A stretch of 64,000 bases of DNA from Thermoproteota archaeon (GCA_032249235.1 JAVVGF010000001.1:160001-224000), one strand, 5' to 3'; numbered from the stretch's first letter, positions 49,902 through 59,832 are shown. The notes: generated by a model not told the origin, from the letters alone. Numbers and translations: made by a program.

Positions 49902-52900
49902 CTAACGATACCGTACAGGTAAATTATTAACAGTATATTGAATTATAGTCTTTAAATTCCCCACCTTAATTGAAATCAATACTTGAATATCAACGTTCAT
50001 TTTTAGCGTGTCATTTTGAGAATTGTAATGTCTTAATACGTAAGAAACGGATACATCAGGTATGTTTATTTCTAAATCACTTATTATAGTTGATGAATTA
50101 GGTCCTAGTGTTATGTTGCTTAATTGCGTATTTCCTACAGGCTTACCATCCATTGAATCATATATATTTAAGATAGCCAAATCTAATTTGACGGTAAAAT
50201 TATAAGGATTTATTATTTTAATCGTAGATTTTGCTTTTATTTCGTTACCTGAAATATACATTACCTGAAATTCTAATATTTCAACTTGTACAGGCTTACT
50301 TTGGTAAGTAATCGTAAGATTTAATGGAAGGCTTGCTGTGTAATATTGATCCATCAAATTTACGATCACTATTATTTTATCGATGGTTACTTTTACTGTT
50401 TTGCCGTTTGCAATCAATGTAGCAATATAATCTAACCTAGGTCCGCTTAAAAGATTTAATTTTGCTGTTGCAATATAGGTATCCTTGCTTATTGGAATAA
50501 CTTCAGAAATGGTACCGTTTGCCACTTCAATTCTAAGCTCATCTTTAATAGTGAAACTAGCATTAACAAGCTTTGCATCTACAATGTTATTCGATATGGT
50601 GAGCCTAAATTTTACATATACAAAGTTATCGCTAATTGAAGGTGGAACATTTATATCTATTACGCTTACTTCAAAGCTCAAAGGCTTAATGTTTGGTATG
50701 ATTGTGATGAACACTGAACTTTCTGCAAATAAATCGTAATTTTCTCCTAATAGTGATATTGAGCCTTTAATGTTTTTACCAATAACAGTTGCGTTGTAAC
50801 CGAGAAGGATTTTAGCTAGATTAGTTTGGTTTTTATTCGTCAAAACTATCAAACCATTTCCTTTGAAAGAGGAATTAATATAAGATGCATTAGATAATTT
50901 AATATAACCTATTATGTTAGAAAATTCATCAGTTACATTTCCTTCAAAATTATTTACGCCAAACGGGACTTCAATTCCCTTTAGTTTCATATCAAATGAA
51001 AAACTTAATGTTTTGCCGTTTATTATATTAATATTGTTAAGATAAACCTGCAATAAAGGTAATAAAATTACATTTAAAGTTACATTTCTTATTAACAATA
51101 TAATACTAAATGTCCCAATTTTTACAGTTATATTTGCATCAAGTATAATTAAGTTTGTTTTTCCTTTTTCTAAAAAATCTTTGATCATCTTTCCAGTTAA
51201 ACTCTTTGATAATTTAACTACGCTAGTAGTGCTAAAGTTATATGATTGTTCATTAGATATGTATTGATTAATATCTTGTTTAAAATTTTCTAATACTTTA
51301 TCACCTTCGATTGTAAAAACATTCATGTAAACATTAACAAGGAAAAATTTTTCCACTTTTAATTTTGATTTTAGAGATATATTGAGATCAAGTTTGTATG
51401 AGCTATCAAAAGAACGTATGTTAATTAGATAAGCGTTTGCTTCAAGAATATCTAAAGGAGATATCTTTAGTAAAATATTCAAATTGGTTTGCTTTGAGAT
51501 CGTTTTGCCATATACATTTACTTTTAAATATCCTCCTTGGATTTGCAGTAAAAGCGAACCATTTTTTGCGAAATCTTGAATGAGAGGTTTAACATTAGGA
51601 TCGTTTACTCCCAAAGTTACTGTAGTAAAGAAATTAGATGAATTGGATAGATCAATCGGGCCATTTATTTTTTGATCGAACACCAGCTTCCCATTGTTGA
51701 AATTTAACTTAAACACTGCCTCGTCGATAGTCATTGGTATACCAGTAACGTTTAAAGAGAGAAAACTGAAATTGAAGCCAATAATGAGAGTATCTTTATT
51801 TTGATCATACATAATCGAATATGGTTTTACTCCTATAATGAAGCGGGCATAGCCCCAATCTAGATTTATTGAATACTTTCCTAATTTTAAATTAACTATA
51901 TCAGTTCCAAATGCTAATTTGGGCTGTTCAACAAAATTAAGAGATAGTTTAACAGTGGAATTTTTTAAAAATTCATCTACGAATAAATAAAAGTTATCTA
52001 TTATGGGTAATATTACTATTTTACTATATACAATACCATTTGATGCGCTCGAATCTGTTATTCTGAAGTCCGCTATATAAGTTTCATTCAAAATCACTTT
52101 ACCACTTCCACCTGCTAGGTTTATTCCATTTAATGGTAAAGATGCTATTTTGCTACTTAAATACCCTGTAATCTCTAATCTCTCTGGATATTTAAAATAC
52201 TTTATCGAATTTATAGTAAAATTAGAAAATGTTGGTATTTCAATATTTCTTGATAATGAAATATTTAATGGAATCAATATTGTTCCAAATTTAATTTTTG
52301 CATTTATAATTGAATTCATCAAAGGATTAGAAAAAATTATGTTACCTAAATTATTTATATAACTAGTAGAATTGTAAAATAAATTTATTATAAAATTTTG
52401 ATTAGCCTCAACTTCATAAGATTTATTAGAATAAAAGTGTATTATATCATTATTGTATATTTTTAAAACTCCACTTATATCTTGAATTATAAAGCTTGAG
52501 TTTAAGGGATTTTCGATAATTACATTGATTGTGTTTTTATCTATGCTCACTGATTTTATTGTATTATTTAACGAATATTGGTAAAGGAATGTCGAACCTT
52601 TTATTGTTGTTGGGATTTCAAAAAATAAAAATTTTGTATTTACATTACCTTCATAGCTGACTTCAATGTTTCCTTTAGAGAAAAGTCCATTCAAGACGCT
52701 ACTGAAATATTTGATATCTTCTTTATCTACGAAGGCACTTAACTTGATTGAGTTTTCACCTGAATTTATATCTAATGGGTTATTTATGGTAATTGTAGCA
52801 AATTTATTATTCTCATACAGTATGTTAATATGTCCTTTATTAATACTGATTGCTTGGAAATTATTTATGATAACTAATGACGCATCAATTACTAAATTGT

Positions 52901-53039
52901 CCCCCAATTGCTTTATTCCTAAAACTTTTACACTTTTTATTGAAGGCTGAAATATAAACATCGGAAATATTAGAAAGACGGAAACTATAATTACTGCAAT
53001 TAAAACTAGGGCAATTAATTTTCTCTTTCCTATACGCAT
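49902..53039 (-). CDS. Giant N-anchored protein of about 8 tandem LEA_2/WHy-like repeats
   Basis: Likely start ATG 53039 (MRIGKRK plus TM; track 53096); IENPLNSSFIIQDI and IINPYNFTVKLDLAILNIYD...VG units. Confidence 0.75.
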   Translation of the reverse strand: MRIGKRKLIALVLIAVIIVSVFLIFPMFIFQPSIKSVKVLGIKQLGDNLVIDASLVIINNFQAISINKGHINILYENNKFATITINNPLDINSGENSIKLSAFVDKEDIKYFSSVLNGLFSKGNIEVSYEGNVNTKFLFFEIPTTIKGSTFLYQYSLNNTIKSVSIDKNTINVIIENPLNSSFIIQDISGVLKIYNNDIIHFYSNKSYEVEANQNFIINLFYNSTSYINNLGNIIFSNPLMNSIINAKIKFGTILIPLNISLSRNIEIPTFSNFTINSIKYFKYPERLEITGYLSSKIASLPLNGINLAGGSGKVILNETYIADFRITDSSASNGIVYSKIVILPIIDNFYLFVDEFLKNSTVKLSLNFVEQPKLAFGTDIVNLKLGKYSINLDWGYARFIIGVKPYSIMYDQNKDTLIIGFNFSFLSLNVTGIPMTIDEAVFKLNFNNGKLVFDQKINGPIDLSNSSNFFTTVTLGVNDPNVKPLIQDFAKNGSLLLQIQGGYLKVNVYGKTISKQTNLNILLKISPLDILEANAYLINIRSFDSSYKLDLNISLKSKLKVEKFFLVNVYMNVFTIEGDKVLENFKQDINQYISNEQSYNFSTTSVVKLSKSLTGKMIKDFLEKGKTNLIILDANITVKIGTFSIILLIRNVTLNVILLPLLQVYLNNINIINGKTLSFSFDMKLKGIEVPFGVNNFEGNVTDEFSNIIGYIKLSNASYINSSFKGNGLIVLTNKNQTNLAKILLGYNATVIGKNIKGSISLLGENYDLFAESSVFITIIPNIKPLSFEVSVIDINVPPSISDNFVYVKFRLTISNNIVDAKLVNASFTIKDELRIEVANGTISEVIPISKDTYIATAKLNLLSGPRLDYIATLIANGKTVKVTIDKIIVIVNLMDQYYTASLPLNLTITYQSKPVQVEILEFQVMYISGNEIKAKSTIKIINPYNFTVKLDLAILNIYDSMDGKPVGNTQLSNITLGPNSSTIISDLEINIPDVSVSYVLRHYNSQNDTLKMNVDIQVLISIKVGNLKTIIQYTVNNLPVRYR

Positions 53040-53193
53040 CAATATTTTATTAGTTTCTTTCTTAAAAAGTATTGAGAATAAATTTTGAAATATCAAAGGG
53101 TGGTTATTTTTCTCGATTTGCCTTTCTTTAATACTATGGTAATACCCATAGTTTATGTATTAATTTTTTAAAGATGTCTGCGAAAGTGTTACT

Positions 53194-55911
53194 ATGAGAA
53201 GAATACTTCTTTCAATACTGATTTGTGGATTAATACTGGGGGGCTTATTCAATATTCAATCCTCTTACGCAAATGGCCAATATCAATCTTCAAGCTCAGG
53301 CGGTCAATGGGTTAGTCGCTATAATTCGCCTTATAATAATCCCTATTCTGAAAAACTCTATAGTTCCATTGCAGATAATTCATCTATCTCACTTTCGAAT
53401 CTAGGTGATCCTAATGGAGAAATCGCTTCTAAAGCATTAATATACAACAATATCGCGTACTTCGTAACCAAATCTGTAAGTATTTACTCTTTAGATCTTT
53501 CAAGCTATAACTATAAATCTATGAATCTGTCATTATCAAATAATATACTAAGCTCTACTCCTGCTCTTGTCGGTGAAAATTGTAATACTATCGCTGCAAT
53601 AGATGGATTGTCTTTTGTTAATTTTATAAGATTTGGGCCGGGCTTGAGTATTTCATTGCTAAGAAAATATGGACCTTTGAATATTTATTCAAATCCTGTA
53701 ACGCCTAGCAATTCTAATTTTTTCATAACGAGCAATTCTTCTCCTTCAGGTTATATCTATGTTTTTGGTTGTGATGGAACTATTAACAATATATATATGT
53801 TATCACCTTATGAGCAACCTGAAAAAGGAGTTGCGGTTAAATCTAATACAATATACGTACTCACAAATTTTGGCTCTGTAAAAGCTATTGGTAATGTGAA
53901 CTGGAACGCCCAACTCGGATTGAAGTTTACACAAGAACCAGTTATCTATAACGATCGGATTTTCGTAAGAGGTGTAATGTATGAAGATGGTTCCGAAATG
54001 ATAGTAGCGTTGAATTCAACTAACGGCTCAACTATATGGTCTTTAAGAATTCCAGCAACCATACTAAGTCCGATGGTAATATTTCAAGATAGAATTTATT
54101 TCATAACCGAAGGACCTTATATCTACAGCCTTAATGCTTCAAATGGTGCTGTTCTAAAAACAAAGAAGCTTCAATCTATTTCTTTTACTGGTATTTCGCC
54201 AGATATGATAGCGATTTCAAGCGAATTGGTCTTCACAGGTATTTACAATGGCAAATTTTCGCTCGTTTATTATGATGTTATTGATGATTTGATCAATTAT
54301 GATTATTTGAATGCTAACTTAGGTAAACCAATAGGGATTAGTTTAGGTAATGGTAAAATTATTGTTACTTTTCAAAAAGGAATTGAACAATTACCCATAA
54401 AAGCTAAAGCTTCACTAAAAATCTATGTTGAACCCGCTTCATATAACTATAGCGTAAATATTAATGGAACAAGCTATATTATACAACCAAACAATACATT
54501 CATACTTTACCTCTTCCTCAAAAGACCTTCTTCTCTTAATTTAGAAATTAAAAATAAGATTATAATAAACGATCAGAAATATCTCGGATTTTATAGATGG
54601 GAAAACGTTTCACAAAGCAATTTCAATAAATCAACAGTTTACATTAATCAATGGGATTCAATTGTAGTTAAAGCTTATTATAGATATTATCTTTTAACAA
54701 ACTTAAATTTGGATTATAAAATCATAAGTAGTCAGCAAATCAACGTAACGCCTAAAATAAATATAGTTGAATACAATTCGACGAAAGTCTCACTTTTCCT
54801 TCCACAAAATACGACATCTAACTTCACTATTTATGCACAACCCGTAGTTGTGATTAACAAGACTTCAAGTCTTGTGTTTCAAAAATGGAGTGATGGAGAT
54901 AAAAATTACATAAGAAAGATTTATGTGCAGGCAGGTTCGACTGTTTATTTCACAGCACTATACTCATTATCTAATAACTATACGCTAACTTTAATAGTGA
55001 ATCCATCAAATTATGCTTCTAAAATTTTACAAAGTTTATCAACAAATTTGAATAATGTTACTTCTATGGTTTGGATAGTCCCTCCAAATACAAATGTGAC
55101 TTTTGAAATCAAGCAAACTATAATATCTTTAAATAGTACAGCTAGATTAGCATTTGCCTATTGGTCAGGCGATATTTCTTCTAACGACACTAAAATTACA
55201 TTTTCAGTATCTCATACCAACTTTACTATAGTATTAAATTTCCAATTACAAAAATTATTCATAGTAAAGCTAATTAATATAACATATTATAATAATCAAA
55301 TAATTAATAATGGTACTTCAACAATCTTAAGTAAGTGGTATTCTAGTTCAAATTATAATTACACTTTGAAAATTAATAAAATAATTTATTTAAATAAATA
55401 TGAAAGATTATTAATTTCTAATTATACAATAAACACTATTAATTCAAAAACTAATGAGACATCTAATTATATTATTTCTACGATAACTTTGAGTAGTGGA
55501 ACTACACTTATCAAAGTGGTATATGTTTTGCAAAAATACACACAGCTTCTAATTATTTTCAATGATCCAGAAGTTAAATATATATTTATAAATGGAACTA
55601 AAGAAGATATAATAAAAAACAATAATACTTATCTAGTAAATAAAACTATGTGGACTTCGAATAGCATAAAATTCTATATTGAGGCAGTTGAAAAGGTAAA
55701 ATTAAGCGATTATGAGTATATTGTTTTTAAATCTTTTAATAATACATCCTCTTCTTCGATCTCTGTGAATTTAAATCCGGGTGATAAAGTTACTTTGTAT
55801 GCTCAGTATCAAAGAGAAAATGTACTAGCTCTTTCGAGTAGCATCTTGGTAATATTGATATTGGTCATAGGTATAATGGTTATTGCCATTCTAATAAGAT
55901 GGTTGATGTAA
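53194..55911 (+). CDS. Surface glycoprotein with PQQ-like beta-propeller, beta-sandwich repeats and C-terminal TM
   Basis: Signal peptide; ALNSTNGSTIW and SLNASNGAV propeller motifs; F.KWSDG / FAYWSGD repeats; TM tail. Confidence 0.8.
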   Translation: MRRILLSILICGLILGGLFNIQSSYANGQYQSSSSGGQWVSRYNSPYNNPYSEKLYSSIADNSSISLSNLGDPNGEIASKALIYNNIAYFVTKSVSIYSLDLSSYNYKSMNLSLSNNILSSTPALVGENCNTIAAIDGLSFVNFIRFGPGLSISLLRKYGPLNIYSNPVTPSNSNFFITSNSSPSGYIYVFGCDGTINNIYMLSPYEQPEKGVAVKSNTIYVLTNFGSVKAIGNVNWNAQLGLKFTQEPVIYNDRIFVRGVMYEDGSEMIVALNSTNGSTIWSLRIPATILSPMVIFQDRIYFITEGPYIYSLNASNGAVLKTKKLQSISFTGISPDMIAISSELVFTGIYNGKFSLVYYDVIDDLINYDYLNANLGKPIGISLGNGKIIVTFQKGIEQLPIKAKASLKIYVEPASYNYSVNINGTSYIIQPNNTFILYLFLKRPSSLNLEIKNKIIINDQKYLGFYRWENVSQSNFNKSTVYINQWDSIVVKAYYRYYLLTNLNLDYKIISSQQINVTPKINIVEYNSTKVSLFLPQNTTSNFTIYAQPVVVINKTSSLVFQKWSDGDKNYIRKIYVQAGSTVYFTALYSLSNNYTLTLIVNPSNYASKILQSLSTNLNNVTSMVWIVPPNTNVTFEIKQTIISLNSTARLAFAYWSGDISSNDTKITFSVSHTNFTIVLNFQLQKLFIVKLINITYYNNQIINNGTSTILSKWYSSSNYNYTLKINKIIYLNKYERLLISNYTINTINSKTNETSNYIISTITLSSGTTLIKVVYVLQKYTQLLIIFNDPEVKYIFINGTKEDIIKNNNTYLVNKTMWTSNSIKFYIEAVEKVKLSDYEYIVFKSFNNTSSSSISVNLNPGDKVTLYAQYQRENVLALSSSILVILILVIGIMVIAILIRWLM

Positions 55912-56001
55912 TTTATGAGAATTTGGTATTGAAAGCTATTTAATAAAGATTATTGTTAAGTTCTCCAAAAGATTTAAATCGATAAAATCAAATGAGGTCA
56001 T

Positions 56002-56715
56002 ATGAATAAAAAATTTTTAGCCATTTTACTAGCTTTAATAATCATTAGCTTACAGCCAAATTTCGTAAGTGCTGAGAAGCAACAGGGAAAGCTAACGGCT
56101 AATTTTATGGAAAGCCGCAGTTTTGCTATAGGAACGATATCTTTGGGTATTAACTATGAAATAAATTACAATGTTGATTATAAAGCAGAAGTAGCAAAAG
56201 GTGATACTAACGATATCAATTTATCTCTCTATGGAGGTGTAGCTAATTTAACTTTTGGTTTTCAAAATCAAACATTAAACTATAATAGAACAATGAAGCT
56301 AGGCGAACAGGTTGCATTCAACGTTGGTCCTTTAAGATTGAATATTCTTCTAAAGGCTGAAGCACCAATAAATATATTAGGTAGCGCTAGTAGTCAATCT
56401 TCAATGGTGACTTTTGAAAATGAAGGACAGCAAACAATTAAAGTTAAAGTTAGCGATTCTGCTAATGTTGGGGATCTCATTAAAATCAGCTTACCGTTTT
56501 CTCTCAGAATCTTCATGGCTATTACTGCTCCGATAAGCATTTCTTTCTTTGAGTTAGGTAAGGTAAATCTGTTTCCAGAATTATCATTACAATTCAAAGT
56601 TACAAGTAGTTGGTTTGAGAGCAACTTTTATCTTATATTAGCTCTTGTAATTGCAGTGATTATCATGGCAGCTTTAGCTATTTTATTTATCATGAGAAGA
56701 AGAAAGAAGACATGA
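56002..56715 (+). CDS. Secreted beta-rich protein with C-terminal TM anchor
   Basis: Signal peptide ending VSA, TM plus RRRKK; TTTAAAT box upstream. Confidence 0.75.
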   Translation: MNKKFLAILLALIIISLQPNFVSAEKQQGKLTANFMESRSFAIGTISLGINYEINYNVDYKAEVAKGDTNDINLSLYGGVANLTFGFQNQTLNYNRTMKLGEQVAFNVGPLRLNILLKAEAPINILGSASSQSSMVTFENEGQQTIKVKVSDSANVGDLIKISLPFSLRIFMAITAPISISFFELGKVNLFPELSLQFKVTSSWFESNFYLILALVIAVIIMAALAILFIMRRRKKT

Positions 56716-56966
56716 AAGCTATCTTATTTGGCATTTTGTTTTGTTTCGTGGGCTCTATAATGTTTGTCTATGCGGTTTACAATATCTTATTAACAATTTA
56801 CAATTACCATGTTATAATTCCTACATCTATTACAGAATTCATAAACTATTATTTTGGTGAAACTTTTGTAAGTATTAACGATATTTTATTTCTAGGTGTT
56901 TTTGGAGCAATAGGTGCCATACTATTTTACTTCGGTCTATTTATTGTCTATCTCTTTAAAAAATAA
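56712..56966 (+). CDS. Small 2-TM membrane protein
   Basis: ATGA overlap; two hydrophobic helices. Confidence 0.7.
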   Translation: MKAILFGILFCFVGSIMFVYAVYNILLTIYNYHVIIPTSITEFINYYFGETFVSINDILFLGVFGAIGAILFYFGLFIVYLFKK

Positions 56967-56983
56967 AAGAATGAAATTTTAGT

Positions 56984-57262
56984 ATGACTATGGAAGAGAT
57001 TAATAGAAGCAGAAAATTTGGATATGTATGTATTATTCTTGGTCTAGGCTTAATAATTCTTTCTGCAGGATTAGCCTTAAGAGAATACTTCTTTTATAGA
57101 GCAACCATAGGCGAGGTCTCGAGCGTCCCTTCCATATTAGGTTTCCTTGCTACCGAATTGCTTGTTTTAATAGTGAAAGTTGCATTTTTAGGTATTGTAA
57201 TTGCAGGTAGCTCTATATTACTAAGATATGGATTAGAGCTAATAAAGGAAGTTAAAAAATGA
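56984..57262 (+). CDS. Small 2-TM membrane protein
   Basis: Two hydrophobic helices; operonic spacing. Confidence 0.7.
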   Translation: MTMEEINRSRKFGYVCIILGLGLIILSAGLALREYFFYRATIGEVSSVPSILGFLATELLVLIVKVAFLGIVIAGSSILLRYGLELIKEVKK

Positions 57263-57645
57263 CGCTTAGACATGAAGTATTGATTTCCATTTTATCTGTT
57301 TTCATAATATTTTTATTATTCAGTCCTCTTACTCTTTTTTTACAAGACTTAGCGAAAGGGCACATATATTTTAAGTTTCAACATAAAGGTAATGAGATAT
57401 TATTAATCCTTGTTAATGAAGGTAACAGTTATCTTAGCGATATAACTTATAATGCAACTGCTCAAGATATATACAATAATTTATACACAAAGACTGGCAA
57501 AATTGATTCTTTCAAAAAAGGTGATAATATAACTATTAAAATACCTTTAAAAATACCAAATGCGATAATAATAAAAGTTGATTTGAAAATATCTGCAAAA
57601 ATTAATGGACTTTATAGATTTGATTTTGAAGTAAAAAGAGAATGA
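57259..57645 (+). CDS. N-anchored single Ig/LEA-like domain protein
   Basis: TM then LILVNEGNSYLSDITYNAT...GKIDSFKKGDNITIKIPL; ATGA overlaps on both sides. Confidence 0.65.
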   Translation: MTLRHEVLISILSVFIIFLLFSPLTLFLQDLAKGHIYFKFQHKGNEILLILVNEGNSYLSDITYNATAQDIYNNLYTKTGKIDSFKKGDNITIKIPLKIPNAIIIKVDLKISAKINGLYRFDFEVKRE

Positions 57646-58127
57646 GCAAGGCCACTGACATAATTAAGGCTTATCTTATTATAACCCTTATTGAAGGCAT
57701 ATTGAGAACTATAATGATATACATTGTTCTTATAATCTTACCTGCTGTTATTCTCGTACGGCCTGTAGTTATAACTAAAACTTTCATAGACATAATGATT
57801 ATTTGCATCGCAGCTTCAGCATTTAGAATTTACGTTATTTCTCCTATACTTATAACACTTGCTTATTTTTACAGTTTCTTAGTTTCTGCAAATACATTGG
57901 ATTTCGGATACTTAAGTTATAATTGGGAAGTATATACTTTTCAAATATCCTTCTTTCTAGACATGTCGCCTTTAGTTTTTGCTCTATTTGCCACGATAGT
58001 CATTCCTATGAGTATTTCTGCATTTTATTCTTATTATATTACACAAGCAACAGGAAGTATAAGAAGGCCTCCAGTACCTCTTACAGGGGCTACTATAAGG
58101 GATATAATTCTTGAAATATTACGTTAA
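57642..58127 (+). CDS. Multi-TM membrane protein
   Basis: 3-4 hydrophobic segments; ATGA overlap. Confidence 0.7.
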   Translation: MSKATDIIKAYLIITLIEGILRTIMIYIVLIILPAVILVRPVVITKTFIDIMIICIAASAFRIYVISPILITLAYFYSFLVSANTLDFGYLSYNWEVYTFQISFFLDMSPLVFALFATIVIPMSISAFYSYYITQATGSIRRPPVPLTGATIRDIILEILR

Positions 58128-58167
58128 ACACTTAAATATAAATTAAAGGTTTTACAATAAATTTTCA

Positions 58168-59754
58168 GTGAGCTGGGAGATTATTCTCTCAGCTGATCGC
58201 GGATCATTTACAGATTATAATGGCTCTAGCGTGCTGGGGTATGTTGCATGTATGCCTTCTCGCCTTGTACCTAGATTTTTTATGGATAAGTTCTTTACGC
58301 CTCCTATTAAAAGCGATGAAAGTGGAAGAGCTCTTTATGCTCCCTATGCTTTGAGGAAAATCGAAGCTACACTTGTCAATAAAGGTTTTAAAGAAGTAGC
58401 TGTCGTTTCTCCTGAAAGATTAAAAGATGTAGTAAGTAAAAAGACAAAAATTTTGGGATTGAGTGTTCATGATCCGTTAGGTATTGATCCTGTAAGCACG
58501 AAGTTATGCATGATATTTGGAGGAGGACCTAGCTGGACTGCAGTATTTTTTGAAGAAGTTGGTAACCTTGTTAATGAATTGAAAAAGAAATATAACTTCA
58601 AAGTTATAGTTGGAGGGCCTGCTGCTTGGGAATTAATAAAAGAAAGACCTAATTGGATTGATGTATTATTCATTGGAGAAGCTGAACACTCTTTGCCAGA
58701 AGTAGTCGAAAACCTATTAAATGGTAAAGAAGCACCTAAAATAGTATATGGGAAGGATGCTAAAATAGATGAAATACCTCCTATAATCAATCCTGCAAGG
58801 CTTGGAGAAGTACAAATAACAAGAGGTTGTCCTAGAGGATGTGCATTTTGTAGCATAACACCTGAAACTTTCAGATCAATTCCTTTAGAAATTATAAAAA
58901 AAGAAGTAGAAATTAATTTGAAGGGAGGTTGGAATAGAGTTGAATTCATAACAGACGATCTAATGCTCTATGGTTCTAACAAGCTTAGAGTTAACCACGA
59001 TGCAATAACAAAGCTGTATAGCGAAGTAATGAAAATGAAAGTCGATGGTATTTGGTTCCCACATATTTCAGCACCTCCTGTGAAAGAAAGTCCTAGAACT
59101 ATTAAAGCAATCTCTGAAACAGCTCATTATAGCTTCGATAGGGCAGATGCTCCAGTTGTAGGTCTTGAAACAGGAAGTGAAAGAATATTTGTTAAGTACA
59201 TGCGTGCTAAATCTTTTCCCTACGAGCCAAGAGAATGGAGAGATGTCATCATAGATGCTACTTCAATAATGAACGATAATTATATATTTCCTTGTTATAC
59301 GATGACAATAGGATATTTTGATGAAACAGAGGAAGATGTAGAGTATAGCATTAGATTAGTCCAAGACATTATAGATCATCAATTCATTGCTTGGATATTT
59401 CCCTTGCCTGTAATACCGATGGCAACGAGTAGAATAAATAAAAATCCATTTCCTACTTTAAAGAGAATGCCTAAAAATTATTGGGATCTTTTATATATTT
59501 CTTGGTCTTACAATTTAAAAATTACAAGGAAATTAATACCAACCTTAACAGGAGGTATTAGAAATAAGATCATAAATAAGATAACAAATTTAATGATAGA
59601 CAAGATCTTTAATAATATCGAATGGATATTTTATCAGTTAAAAGAGACTAAGGGTCTCAGTTCTCTTAATTATAGTAGCTTAAACCTTAATAACATAATA
59701 GGAATATTAAGGTCGATTACTTGGTTATTTAAGCTAAGTTTTAAACCGTTATGA
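58168..59754 (+). CDS. B12-binding-like radical SAM enzyme, likely GDGT ring synthase (Grs) family
   Basis: ITRGCPRGCAFC (CxxxCxxC); N-terminal ADRGSFTDY, APYALRKIEA, LSVHDPLG, IVGGPAAW, FIGEAE, GLETGS match my recollection of the Sulfolobus GrsA/GrsB family. Radical SAM call is firm, Grs call is moderate. Confidence 0.72.
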   Translation: MSWEIILSADRGSFTDYNGSSVLGYVACMPSRLVPRFFMDKFFTPPIKSDESGRALYAPYALRKIEATLVNKGFKEVAVVSPERLKDVVSKKTKILGLSVHDPLGIDPVSTKLCMIFGGGPSWTAVFFEEVGNLVNELKKKYNFKVIVGGPAAWELIKERPNWIDVLFIGEAEHSLPEVVENLLNGKEAPKIVYGKDAKIDEIPPIINPARLGEVQITRGCPRGCAFCSITPETFRSIPLEIIKKEVEINLKGGWNRVEFITDDLMLYGSNKLRVNHDAITKLYSEVMKMKVDGIWFPHISAPPVKESPRTIKAISETAHYSFDRADAPVVGLETGSERIFVKYMRAKSFPYEPREWRDVIIDATSIMNDNYIFPCYTMTIGYFDETEEDVEYSIRLVQDIIDHQFIAWIFPLPVIPMATSRINKNPFPTLKRMPKNYWDLLYISWSYNLKITRKLIPTLTGGIRNKIINKITNLMIDKIFNNIEWIFYQLKETKGLSSLNYSSLNLNNIIGILRSITWLFKLSFKPL

Positions 59755-59832
59755 TATAAATGAATTTATATTCCGATCATTTAATAATAAAATATTAGCA
59801 TAATGTTTTAGTAAAAATAATTCTAAAAAGAT

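Noticed and set aside
39647-53039. Provirus tail-fibre or conjugation island explanation for the giant genes
   Set aside because: No integrase, capsid, packaging or VirB4-like ATPase and no att repeats; the genes are interleaved with lipid enzymes.
58467-58949. 160-aa antisense ORF (also 26129-26467, 47299-47577, 48868-49854, 50485-52950 and other short track ORFs)
   Set aside because: Shadow ORFs opposite well-supported genes, with no motifs and typical antisense composition.
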